Source of the DNA: Polynucleobacter necessarius
GTDB taxonomy: Bacteria; Pseudomonadota; Gammaproteobacteria; Burkholderiales; Burkholderiaceae
DNA: 32,000 nucleotides
Assembly: GCF_900095195.1 (NCBI RefSeq)
Contig: NZ_LT606950.1
Coordinates: 907,207 to 939,206 of the forward strand
Direction: 5' to 3'
Below the pieces are notes generated by a model. The model was not told where the DNA came from and did not search any database. It worked only from the letters and a program-made list of their open reading frames with translations. Of the stretch, positions 1-8,701 are shown piece after piece. The translations under genes and the position numbers were made by a program. Position 1 is the stretch's first letter. Each line of letters opens with the position of its first letter.

Positions 1-575
1 TTGAATACCGGCCATCTCTTTGAATAATTCACCAGACATATGCAATGAAGTGCCAACGCCCGAAGAACCAAATGTCAATTGATTGGGCTTGGCTTTGGCT
101 AACTCAATCAACTCATGTATGTTGGTAACACCCAATTGTTTATTCACAATCAGAACATTCGGCGTGCTCGCCAAAAAACTAATGGGCGTGAAATCCTCAA
201 TCGGATTAAATGACATCTTTTCATAGATGGCGCCATTAATCGCATGAATACCTACCGTACCAGTCAAGAGCATAAACCACCATCAGGGTCACTCTTGGCA
301 ACGAGCTCAGCGCCAATATTACCGCCATATCCCGGTTTATTTTCAACCAGGACTGGCATACCTAAGGCCTGTTGCCAATTCTCCGCCAATACGCAAGCCA
401 ATATGTCAGGGGCTCCGCCAGGAGTAAACGTCACAATAATGCGAATGGCTTGCTTGGGCCACGTTGCATTTTTCGAAGCGTTGAGATTGGAAACTGTCTG
501 GGCCTGAACCACTAGGGTGATCATCGCCAACAGAATCGATACGCAGAGGTTACGTGCTACCTTCAACAATTGCAT
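1..575 (-). pseudogene. Bug/TctC-family tripartite tricarboxylate transporter substrate-binding protein, frameshifted; C-terminal end runs off the window
   Basis: Minus ORF 264..575 has a signal peptide and a Bug N-terminus (IRIIVTFTPGGAPD, VENKPGYGGNIG, AKSDPDG). Homology continues in another frame from ~283 down to base 1 (FMLLTGTVGIHAINGAIYEKMSFNPIEDF...QLTFGSSGVGTSLHMSGELFKEMAGIQ). One extra base near 279-285 breaks the frame. Confidence 0.8.
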
Positions 576-617
576 GACCCACAGCCCAAATGGATGGACT
601 AGCTTAAGAATAAGAAA

Positions 618-1190
618 TTAAAAACCAAAACGAGAGCGAAGCCACAACCATCCATCGTAACGCACAGGATCATCGGCACATGCTCCAATGCCACACCCTA
701 GTAGGGTGGAAATTAAATTACCAAACACGATCAAGATAAAAAGAATGATCAAAGTATTCGCAAACCATGAGCGAGAGCGCACATCTCGGTTGGGCAGCAT
801 CAATAAGATGGCGAACCCAATTAACAAACCAAGATAACCAATAAATGCCCAAGTGTAAAAATGCAACTCTAAAAAGGTTGCACCAAACCCTTTATCACCA
901 GACAAGATATGAATGAATATCTGGCGTAGTGAGGCCATCATCCCTACTAAGCCGCCAAAAATGCCCCAGCCATAATGGGCAGAATGTGCGCCACAACGAA
1001 TGTTCAGTACCAGCGCGAAACCAATAATGACAAAGCCAATACGTTGCATGAGGCAGAGTGGGCATGGCAACTCACCAAAATAGAGTTGATCGATAAAGGC
1101 GTAAGACAAAGTCCCAACAACCGCCAATAGAGCCAGTTGATTGCCTAGTGATGCAAGAGATGGAAACGAGGCTCTTTTCACGATGATCAC
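618..1190 (-). CDS. DsbB-family disulfide bond formation protein (membrane thiol oxidoreductase)
   Basis: Uninterrupted 190-aa multi-pass membrane ORF with a GTG start. It has CxxC followed by QR after the first TM helix (ELPCPLCLMQR), as in DsbB/BdbC. A second Cys pair lies near the C-terminus (GCGIGAC). Confidence 0.7.
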   Translation of the reverse strand: MIIVKRASFPSLASLGNQLALLAVVGTLSYAFIDQLYFGELPCPLCLMQRIGFVIIGFALVLNIRCGAHSAHYGWGIFGGLVGMMASLRQIFIHILSGDKGFGATFLELHFYTWAFIGYLGLLIGFAILLMLPNRDVRSRSWFANTLIILFILIVFGNLISTLLGCGIGACADDPVRYDGWLWLRSRFGF

Positions 1191-1345
1191 AAATTAATGT
1201 GGAGATGACTCGTTGCATGGAAGCGGAACCACAGCATCAGAATAAATACCGTAATCGCCAACATGCATAGACCTGCCAAACGTTTTTCAAACCAGACCAA
1301 GACAAGTCCGATAAGCGCTGTCAGAAAAGGCAGGAACATATACAT
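1187..1345 (-). CDS. Small two-TM membrane protein (52 aa), apparently translationally coupled to the DsbB-family gene
   Basis: Below the 60-aa track cutoff. My translation is MYMFLPFLTALIGLVLVWFEKRLAGLCMLAITVFILMLWFRFHATSHLHINL*. Its TGA (1187..1189) overlaps the downstream GTG start (1188..1190) as GTGA. No clear Shine-Dalgarno, so coding status is inferred. Confidence 0.45.
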   Translation of the reverse strand: MYMFLPFLTALIGLVLVWFEKRLAGLCMLAITVFILMLWFRFHATSHLHINL

Positions 1346-1437
1346 ACTGGAATTCTAGCGCAGGATGGTTTCGAGTCTTTGAAATCACTGCCTTAGGAAT
1401 GCTTAACCCTACCGATGGCTTTGTTTAGAATGCCTAC

Positions 1438-2217
1438 ATGACCACTCGATCCACCCCGCCCTGCCTCGACCTAACGCTAGAAGGCGCTATTGCAAGGATT
1501 ACCTTCAATAACCCTGCAGCACGCAATGCAATGACTTGGCCTATGTATGAAGAGCTCAAGTCTATATGCGATGCATTAGCCAAAAACGATTCTGTTCGCG
1601 TCGCCATTTTCCGAGGTGCTGGTGATAAGGCATTTGTCTCGGGGAGTGATATTGAGCAATTTGTAAATTTGCAAAAAGATGAAGCGTACGAAGTGGCTGT
1701 GGATGATATCTTTCACTCACTACACACCTACCCATACCCACTATTGCTCTGATTGAAGATTTAGCGGTTGGAAGCGGTTTATTGATTGCCACCGCATGCG
1801 ACTTTCGTATTTCCACACCCGACGCACGCTTTGGTATTCCAGTAGCGCGCACTTTGGGAAATTGTTTATCACCAAGCAATCTGGCTTGGATTAGTGCGCA
1901 CCTAGGTATACCCTATGGTGAAAAAAATGTTGCTCACAAGCGAATTGATCAAAGCGCCAGAACTCCTTGCTACTGGCTACCTATATCAAACCGCTCCAGC
2001 TCCTAAAATCAATGCCGGTGCCGACGCCCTAGCAAATAAGCTCGCAGTCCTAGCCCCCATTACTCAAAAGGCTGGCAAAATTGCTCTAGCACGCTTACTG
2101 GAGAGCAATCTTCCTGACTGCACAGACCTGATGAGGGAGACCTATAACAGTCAGGACTTCAAAGAAGGTGTCAATGCCTTTTTAGAAGGTCGCCCACCCA
2201 AGTGGGAAGGCAAGTAA
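1438..2217 (+). pseudogene. Enoyl-CoA hydratase/isomerase (crotonase fold), at least two frameshifts
   Basis: Three ORF pieces read as one crotonase protein: ARITFNNPAARNAMT..AIFRGAGDKAFVSGSDI, then PTIALIEDLAVGSGLLIATACDFRISTPDARFGIPVA, then MLLTSELIKAPELLATGYL..YNSQDFKEGVNAFLEGRPPKWEGK. The frame changes near ~1737 and ~1912-1920. Confidence 0.85.
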
Positions 2218-2237
2218 TTTGATGCGGCTTTTAATGG

Positions 2238-2905
2238 CTAAATAATTTTTGTTTTTAGGTTTTTCAAGCCCGCAACACTACCTTCCAGCACATCACCTTT
2301 TTTTACAGGGCCAACGCCAGCAGGTGTGCCCGAGAAAATTAAATCAACTGGCTCCAGAGTGAACAAGGTCGATAAATACGCAATGGTGTCGGGCACATTC
2401 CGGATGAGTTGATTCAGATCGCCAGATTGACGCACCTCTCCGTTGACTAATAGCGTTACCGCACCCTGGCTTGGATGGCCGCATTGGCTTGCGGGGGTAA
2501 TTTCACCGCAAGGAGCGGATTGATCGAATGCTTTGCCGGCATCCTAAGGGCGCCCCATCTTCTTGGTCTCCCCTTGTAGATCGCGTCTAGTCATGCGAAA
2601 CCAACACCATAACCATACACATGCTCCAGAGCTTTATCAGCTGCAATATTGGCACCACCTTTACCAATAGCTACGACCATCTCGATTTCGTGATGAACAT
2701 CATTCGAAAGATTGGGGTAAGACATATCCTTCCCATCAGTCACAATTGAGTTCGCTGGCTTCATAAAAAAGAATGGCGGCTCACGAGCATGATCTGCATA
2801 GTTACGACCCACACAATAAATGCGATTAACTGCAAAACGACGGGTATCGCCTGCAACCGGTAATGAGATTTGCGCTGGCGGGTCGATAACAAATGCTGGG
2901 CTCAT
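2238..2905 (-). pseudogene. Fumarylacetoacetate hydrolase (FAH/YcgM) family protein, one frameshift plus one nonsense codon
   Basis: The N-terminal ORF 2591..2905 (RIYCVGRNYADHA..HHEIEMVVAIGKGG) and C-terminal ORF 2238..2435 (GDLNQLI..IFSGTPAGVGPVKKGD) are FAH-type. The middle reads MTRRDLQGETKKMGRP*DAGKAFDQSAPCGEI..LLVNGEVRQSGD after a 1-nt shift at ~2590. There is an in-frame TAG at 2544..2546. Confidence 0.85.
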
Positions 2906-2926
2906 GTCTTTCCTTTTTAAATACTG

Positions 2927-3200
2927 TTATTTTTTATCAGTATGGCGCACTTTTAATAGCAGGATACTCAAGGCCAATGCAAACGTGAGTGTATTCTAAG
3001 ATCAGCGGCCATTTTTCAATAATGAGTCCGTATATTAGCCATAGACCCACCCCGAGGGTAAAGAGTGAATACATTCCCAAGGAAATGCCCGAGAGGTCTC
3101 GAGTACGCCATGACTGGATTGCCTGCGGCAAGAAAGAAACCGTCGTTAAGAATGCCGCGCAATAACCGATGACATCAATGGAAGATTGCGCGAGTGCCAT
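2927..3200 (-). pseudogene. SemiSWEET / PQ-loop small sugar transporter, single-base insertion destroys the third TM helix
   Basis: ORF 2937..3200 has the PQ motif (VSFLPQAIQSWRTR) and two TM helices, then ends in non-membrane sequence (LILEYTHVCIGLEYPAIKSAPY). Removing one base at ~2996 restores LILNTLTFALALSILLLKVRHTDKK* (stop 2927..2929), a normal third helix. Confidence 0.75.
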
Positions 3201-3224
3201 AAACCGATGTTAGGTCGTATAGAT

Positions 3225-3621
3225 TTATTGTTTTTTATTGGCACCAGCGCGACGGGCTTCTACATCTTTATTGATAGCCGCGATCGTTTTTGCATCGGGT
3301 GATTTCCAATTACCGCCCGAGTTCTTCACCATATAGACCAAGGCATCGGAGAAGCCCTCAATGCTGAGATTGGGATTACCGCCTTTCGGAGGCACCCCGC
3401 GCACACCAAAGTATGCGTGCGCCGTGAGTGTGACTTGAACCTTCTGCAATCAGCGCGCCCATTTTACTTTGTCGCCAAACTTGGGGGCATTCAATACACC
3501 CGCACCATGACAATTGGCGCAGACTTGTGTAGGTATTTTCGCCAGACTGAGCAAGAGGCGCGCCCGAGAGCAGGACAGTAGTCGCGACAACCTTCAGCGA
3601 GGATACAAATGTTGATTTCAT
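3225..3621 (-). pseudogene. Class I (c5-like) monohaem cytochrome c, frameshift plus nonsense codon
   Basis: A signal peptide (MKSTFVSSLKVVATTVLLSGAPLAQS) lies in one frame. The haem motif CANCH (3507..3521) followed by GAGVLNAPKFGDKVKWAR lies in another. An in-frame TGA at 3450..3452 precedes ..TLTAHAYFGVRGVPPKGGNPNLS..ALVYMV. Confidence 0.8.
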
Positions 3622-3706
3622 TAGGAGATTCTTTCTAATGACAGATTTGTACATTTGTTATTAGATAAGAATGTAGCCCAATTTTCGAAAATATGCTCTT
3701 GAGAAT

Positions 3707-5620
3707 CTACCCTAGACCAAAAAAGATTGCTAAATGGTAGGTGATGAACGAGGCGATATAGGCTAGCCCGAATAGATAGCTCAGCATAATAACTGGGATC
3801 TTCCAGCCACCCGTTTCCCGTTTAACTGCTGCGATTGTGGATAGACACTGCGGCGCAAAGACAAACCAGGCCAACAACGAGAGCGCTGTGGCCAAAGACC
3901 ATCCCGTTGAAATCAGAGGAATTAAAGCTTCCGCAGCATCGGCACTAGAACTGGATAAGGCATACACCGTTGCTAAGGAACTCACCACTACTTCACGCGC
4001 CGCCATTCCAGGCACTAACGCAATACTAATTTGCCAACTAAACCCAATTGGCTCAAAGATGTGTGCAAGCGCTTGCCCCAACATACCAGCAAAACTGTAC
4101 TGAATAGCCGATTGTGTTGCGCCCTCGGGAGGCAACGGAAAACTCGATAGCGCCCAGAGCGCTACCGTCATTAGCAGAATGATTCCACCAACACGACGCA
4201 AGAAAATTTCTGCGCGCTGCCACAAACTGATCGCTAAATTACCGAGACGCGGCAAGTGATAACTGGGCAACTCCATCATGAGCGCATTCATTCGAAATTG
4301 CTCACTCGTAAAACGCTTAAGGACCCACGCTACCGCCATCGCACCCAAAATCCCTGCGAGATAAAGCAAGAAAAGCACCAACCCCTGCAAATCAATTCCC
4401 GCCCACAACTTTTGCTCAGGAATGAACGCCGAAATTAGCAATGCATATACTGGCAATCGCGCCGAGCAGGTCATCATGGGTGCAATCAAGATAGTCACGA
4501 GTCGATCTCGAGCATTGGAAATGCTTCTCGTGGCCATAATTCCGGGGATGGCGCAGGCAAAGCTTGATAACAAGGGAATAAAAGATCGACCCGATAGGCC
4601 CACGGAGCCCATCACGCGATCTAATAAATAAGCAGCTCTGGGCAGATAACCGGACTCCTCCAAGAGCAGGATAAAGAAAAACAGAATCAAGATCTGCGGC
4701 AAGAAGATTACTACCCCACCGAGGCCTGCCAAAATGCCGTTGATGAATAGACTGCGTAGCCAATTCTCTGGCAAGATCTGCCCGATTTGTGCACCGAGAT
4801 ACTCAACGGTGGCCTTGATGAATTCCATGGGCACGGTAGCCCAACTAAAGACCGCCTGGAAAATACAAAACAGCAACGCTATCAAAATCAGTGGGCCGAT
4901 GATGGGATGGAGTAATACAGCATCCAAGCGATCGCTCAATTGATCAGGAATAATTTGATCAAGACCTAAATTTTGCAAAATGCGTTGCACTTGCACGTTA
5001 TCGGATTCAGCATGGGCAATATGGGATGCCACATTTTCCAAAGTAGCGTCGCTACTGCCCGTGCGAAGGTGGTGAAGATTTCGCCAGTCCAATGCGGATA
5101 AAAACTGCTTAATGTTATCGGCACCATTTGCCTGAATGCCAATGCTGGTCACCACCGGTAAGCCCAACTCAGTCGAGAGTGCAGCAGTATCAATCTGCAA
5201 ACCCTGACGCTTGGCGACATCCAGCATATTGAGCACCACGACACAAGGCAAACCTAAGCGCTTGGCCGCCAGGACTAAGCGAAGATTACGACGCAGGTTC
5301 ATGGCACTCAGAATGCACAGGACTAAATCGGGACGCTTCTCGCCTTCGGCTTTACCTAATAAAACATTACAAGTAACGCGCTCATCGAGCGATCTGGGAT
5401 ACAGACTATAGGCACCTGGCAAATCTAAGATGCGAATATTTTTTCCGGAATCCAGAGAAAGTCGCCCCTCTTTGCGTTCAACGGTCACACCAGAATAGTT
5501 GGCGACTTTTTGACGACTACCCGTCAATAAATTGAAGAGCGCTGTTTTTCCGCAATTAGGGTTGCCCAATAGAGCAACAATCGGCTCACTCGGAAAAAAA
5601 TGAACCGTAGACTCAGACAT
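3707..5620 (-). CDS. feoB: Ferrous iron transporter FeoB
   Basis: Uninterrupted ORF with G-domain motifs GNPNCGKTALFN (G1), DLPG (G3) and NMLD (G4), followed by a large polytopic membrane domain. A TTG at 5639..5641 opens the ORF. The ATG at 5618..5620 overlaps the feoA stop (ATGTCTGA) and is the likelier start. Confidence 0.95.
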   Translation of the reverse strand: MSESTVHFFPSEPIVALLGNPNCGKTALFNLLTGSRQKVANYSGVTVERKEGRLSLDSGKNIRILDLPGAYSLYPRSLDERVTCNVLLGKAEGEKRPDLVLCILSAMNLRRNLRLVLAAKRLGLPCVVVLNMLDVAKRQGLQIDTAALSTELGLPVVTSIGIQANGADNIKQFLSALDWRNLHHLRTGSSDATLENVASHIAHAESDNVQVQRILQNLGLDQIIPDQLSDRLDAVLLHPIIGPLILIALLFCIFQAVFSWATVPMEFIKATVEYLGAQIGQILPENWLRSLFINGILAGLGGVVIFLPQILILFFFILLLEESGYLPRAAYLLDRVMGSVGLSGRSFIPLLSSFACAIPGIMATRSISNARDRLVTILIAPMMTCSARLPVYALLISAFIPEQKLWAGIDLQGLVLFLLYLAGILGAMAVAWVLKRFTSEQFRMNALMMELPSYHLPRLGNLAISLWQRAEIFLRRVGGIILLMTVALWALSSFPLPPEGATQSAIQYSFAGMLGQALAHIFEPIGFSWQISIALVPGMAAREVVVSSLATVYALSSSSADAAEALIPLISTGWSLATALSLLAWFVFAPQCLSTIAAVKRETGGWKIPVIMLSYLFGLAYIASFITYHLAIFFGLG

Positions 5621-5891
5621 GAGCAATACGTTCAACAGCAATCATACGCGCCTCGGATTCACGCAAGGCAAAGGTAGAGGCGCCAACGCGAACAAGGTAG
5701 GGACCTCTCTTCAGCAAACCTTTGCGAAGTAATGTGACCTGCTCTCCTGGCAAAAACCCAATGTCCTCCAATTGCCCCTTAATTTGCGGAGCACCTTTGG
5801 GGGCGTTTACCTCGCTTACGCGATATAGACTACCAAGGTCAACTTGATCTAGATGCATTGAATACAGAGAGCGATTGTGTTTTTGGGCCAT
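5613..5891 (-). CDS. feoA: Ferrous iron transport protein FeoA
   Basis: Small SH3-like protein immediately upstream of and overlapping feoB (..LEDIGFLPGEQVTLLRKG..VRVGASTFALRESEA). The ATG at 5889..5891 is embedded in a TATAAT, so the real start may be the internal ATG at 5856..5858 (MHLDQVDLG..). Confidence 0.85.
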   Translation of the reverse strand: MAQKHNRSLYSMHLDQVDLGSLYRVSEVNAPKGAPQIKGQLEDIGFLPGEQVTLLRKGLLKRGPYLVRVGASTFALRESEARMIAVERIAHV

Positions 5892-5921
5892 TATATCGTT
5901 AAATGAGAATGAATATCATTC
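5891..5921 (-). promoter_or_regulatory. Candidate feoAB promoter with an overlapping Fur box
   Basis: The palindrome GAATGAATATCATTC (5907..5921) sits within aatgagaatgaatatcattcat and resembles the Fur consensus GATAATGATAATCATTATC. On the minus strand, TATAAT lies at 5896..5891. A weak -35 (ATGATA, 5919..5914) sits 17 bp upstream, inside the palindrome. Confidence 0.6.
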
Positions 5922-6038
5922 ATGAAAATCCACTCTATTTGACTGAATAATGCCGTTTTTTACCCATTTCAACTTTGATCCAAAACAAAAAGAATGGAAT
6001 TCATGCATACTAAATCCAATCTCTTAATAAGATTTGAT

Positions 6039-6662
6039 ATGTACTTACCAAAACACTTTGCCGTTGATGATCCCGCAATCCTAGCGCAGCTGATTGCGGA
6101 ATATCCTTTGGCCACTCTGGTTGGAAATTTAGACAATCATCTGGAGGTCAATCACCTCCCATTAATGTTAAGCGCGGATCAATCCAAACTTTATGGTCAC
6201 ATTGCCAGAGTGAATCCCCTGGTCAAAATTGCCGCCAGCAATAACACGAATGTGACCGCAATTTTTCATGGGCCAGATGCGTATGTAACCCCTGCCTGGT
6301 ATCCATCCAAAAAAGAAACGGGCAAAGTGGTTCCTATATGGAACTATGCGGTCGTTCATGCTCAGGGCACACTCAAGTTAATTGAAGATTCCCAATGGCT
6401 AAGAAGTCATGTAGCGCAAATGACAAATATTCATGAGCCCACCAATCAATCCAACTGGAAACTCGATGATGCTCCCGAAGATTATGCTCAGATGATGCTT
6501 AGAGCCATCGTTGGCATTGAGATTGATGTCCAGAATTTGGTCGGCAAGTTCAAGCTCAGCCAAAACCGCCCACCAGAGGACTATGCCGCTGTCGTTGATG
6601 TCCTGGACAAATCCCCTGCAGAGGTATTGCAGGAAATGCGCAAACTCATGAAACCTCACTAA
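6039..6662 (+). CDS. paiB: PaiB-family FMN-binding negative transcriptional regulator
   Basis: Intact ORF. The family-typical start MYLPKHFAVDDPAILAQLIAEYPLATLV is at 6039, while the ORF opens earlier at 5994. The C-terminus reads ..GKFKLSQNRPPEDY. Confidence 0.75.
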   Translation: MYLPKHFAVDDPAILAQLIAEYPLATLVGNLDNHLEVNHLPLMLSADQSKLYGHIARVNPLVKIAASNNTNVTAIFHGPDAYVTPAWYPSKKETGKVVPIWNYAVVHAQGTLKLIEDSQWLRSHVAQMTNIHEPTNQSNWKLDDAPEDYAQMMLRAIVGIEIDVQNLVGKFKLSQNRPPEDYAAVVDVLDKSPAEVLQEMRKLMKPH

Positions 6663-7411
6663 GGGGTGGTGTAGCCGTATTTTGTAAAAGGGATTTTGCT
6701 TGCGTGGTCTGCATAAACTGATATAGCGCCTGCGCATCAAGTGATGCACCTTTTTTAAGACCATGCGCTGTTTAATGGGTGCATGCAGTGCGCGTTCACC
6801 AATACATAACGCGTGTCTTTAGCCACTTCAGTCGCCTTAGCGAGCGATAGCGCAGTGAACCCAATGTCCGCAGCCCCAGTGACCACATACGTAGTGGCTA
6901 CCCCGATGTTGTCACCATAGACAATTTTGTCTTTTGCAAGATCCCACAAACCCTCCGCCTTGAGATACTCAACAGCAGCTTTGCCATAGGGGGCTAAGTC
7001 AGGCTTAGCAATGGCAATCCGCCTTGCTTTTTGAATAGCAGTAGCGATTTCAGTCTTATTTGCCGTCAACGGCAATCCATCATTGGCCTTCGCAATAAGG
7101 ACCAACTTGCCAATGGCATAAACACTCCCCTCATTTAATGTCTTGCCATTTTTATAAAGCTCTAAAGGAAAGCGCTCATCAGCAGCAATAAACAACTGAA
7201 ATGGCGCGCCATTTTGTATTTGAGCGGCAAAATTACCGGATGAGCCATACACCACACGCAATTCGCTCTTGTGATTTGCCTTAAATTCTTGGGCAATTTC
7301 GCTAAATGCATCCTTCATGTTCGCAGCAACTGCTACCGTTACAGTCTGTGCAACAGCCGACTGTAGAATCAAAAACAATGCTGCGATAAGGATGATTAAA
7401 CGAACATGCAT
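6646..7411 (-). pseudogene. ModA-like molybdate-binding periplasmic protein, C-terminal frameshifts
   Basis: It has a signal peptide plus ModA-type motifs (VAVAANMKDAF, VYGSSGNFAAQIQNGAPFQLFIAADE). After ..YVLVNAH the homology moves to a second frame (PIKQRMVLKK) and then a third (GASLDAQALYQFMQTTQAKSLLQN..). The second shift is at an A6/T6 run (6751..6756). The 3' end coordinate is reconstructed and approximate. Confidence 0.7.
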
Positions 7412-7441
7412 AGTCGATAAGTTGTTGTGTTCATGGATTGC

Positions 7442-7945
7442 TCAAAGCCATTCTTTGACTTGTCGATTTAGACTAACAGCTTTATATCTTGGCGTATCAC
7501 TAGAGTAACCGCGAATTTTGCGAATTAACTTCGAGGCCTCCGATTGTGACACCATGGTTTTATGCATAGCAATAAAGAAAATCTCATCTTTCAACGGAAC
7601 AAATCCCAAGCCATTTTCTAAAGCAATATTTTTAACGCCGATACCAACATCGGCCTTACCAGCCAAAATGGCATTCGCCACCGCGGAGTGGGTAAATTCT
7701 TCTTGTAAATAACTGTTGATATCCAGAGGATCAATTCCGTCATTCATTAATAAATGATCGAGTAACAATCGAGTACCAGAACCAATCTGCCGATTAATAA
7801 AGCGAACTTTTGGATTCAGCAAATCCTCGATCGCGCGAATGTTCAAGAGGTTGCTTTTTTTACAATCAAACCCTGGGTGCGCTTCATGACAGGGTAAATC
7901 TGGATCTCGTTTTTGGATAGGCGCTGATGAATCGCTCATTAGCAC
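7442..7945 (-). pseudogene. C-terminal PBP-like domain of a molybdate/tungstate-type HTH regulator; DNA-binding N-terminal half missing
   Basis: The 167-aa ORF carries only the ligand-binding half (..VRFINRQIGSGTRLLLDHLL..EEFTHSAVANAILAGKADVGIGVKNIALENGLGFVPLKDEIFFIAM). No HTH segment is present. The ORF start overlaps the 5' end of the divergent tupA remnant. Confidence 0.5.
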
Positions 7946-8699
7946 ACGCCCAAGAAAAAAGCATTGTGGTCTCTTCCACCACCTCTACTGAGCAATCCGG
8001 TTTATTTGGATTCATCTTGCCCATCTTCAAAATGAAAACTGGCATTGATATAAAAGTGGTTGCCGTTGGTACTGGCCAAGCGTTGGACATTGGACGTCGC
8101 GGTGATGCTGATGTTGTCTTTGTGCACGACAAACCCGCAGAGGAATTGTTTGTACAAGAAGGCTATTCCACCAAACGCAATGAAGTGATGTACAACGACT
8201 TTGTCTTAATTGGTCCAAAGTCTGATCCTGCAAAAGTCAATGGTGGCAAAGATATTCAAGTAGCGTTTCAAAAAATTGCTGCGGCGCAGGCTCTATTCGT
8301 CTCGCGTGGCGATAAGGGTGGCACCCATGCGGCCGAGTTGTGCTATTGGAAAGGCGCTGGAATTGCAGTCTCGCCCAATCAAGCTTGGTATAAAGAAACG
8401 GGCTCTGGCATGGGCCCTGCCCTGAATACCGTTTCCGCGATGAATGGCTATATTCTGGCCGACCGCGCTACTTGGCTTAGCTTTAAGAATCGAGGCGATC
8501 TCGCTATTCTGGTTCAGGGCGATCCCAAGTTATTCAATCAATATGGCGTGATGTTGGTAAATCCTGCCAAGTACCCCAATGTCAAAAAAGCGGAAGGTCA
8601 ACCTTTATTGATTGGCTCATCTCTAAAAATGGTCAGGACGTTATAGCAAGCTATCAAATTGGTGGTGAGCAACTGTTCTTCCCGAATGCCAAGAAATAA
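7927..8699 (+). pseudogene. tupA: Tungstate-binding protein TupA, signal peptide lost and C-terminal frameshift
   Basis: It has the TupA hallmark TTSTEQSGL plus GTGQALDIGRRGDADVVFVHD, FVLIGPKSDP and FVSRGDKGGTH. An in-frame TAG at 7918..7920 lies directly upstream, so there is no signal peptide. After ..KKAEGQ the homology shifts frame to FIDWLISKNGQDVIASYQIGGEQLFFPNAKK* (stop 8697..8699). Confidence 0.8.
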
Positions 8700-8701
8700 A
8701 C

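Noticed and set aside
3837-5411. Several 60-115 aa ORFs on both strands inside the feoB span (3837..4103, 4256..4438, 4416..4763, 4422..4631, 4734..4943 and 5211..5411).
   Set aside because: They are all nested in or antisense to a long, motif-rich feoB reading frame. They have no recognisable motifs of their own. They are typical shadow ORFs.
7884-8233. Minus-strand ORFs 7884..8132 and 8027..8233.
   Set aside because: They are antisense to the motif-rich tupA reading frame and have no motifs of their own.
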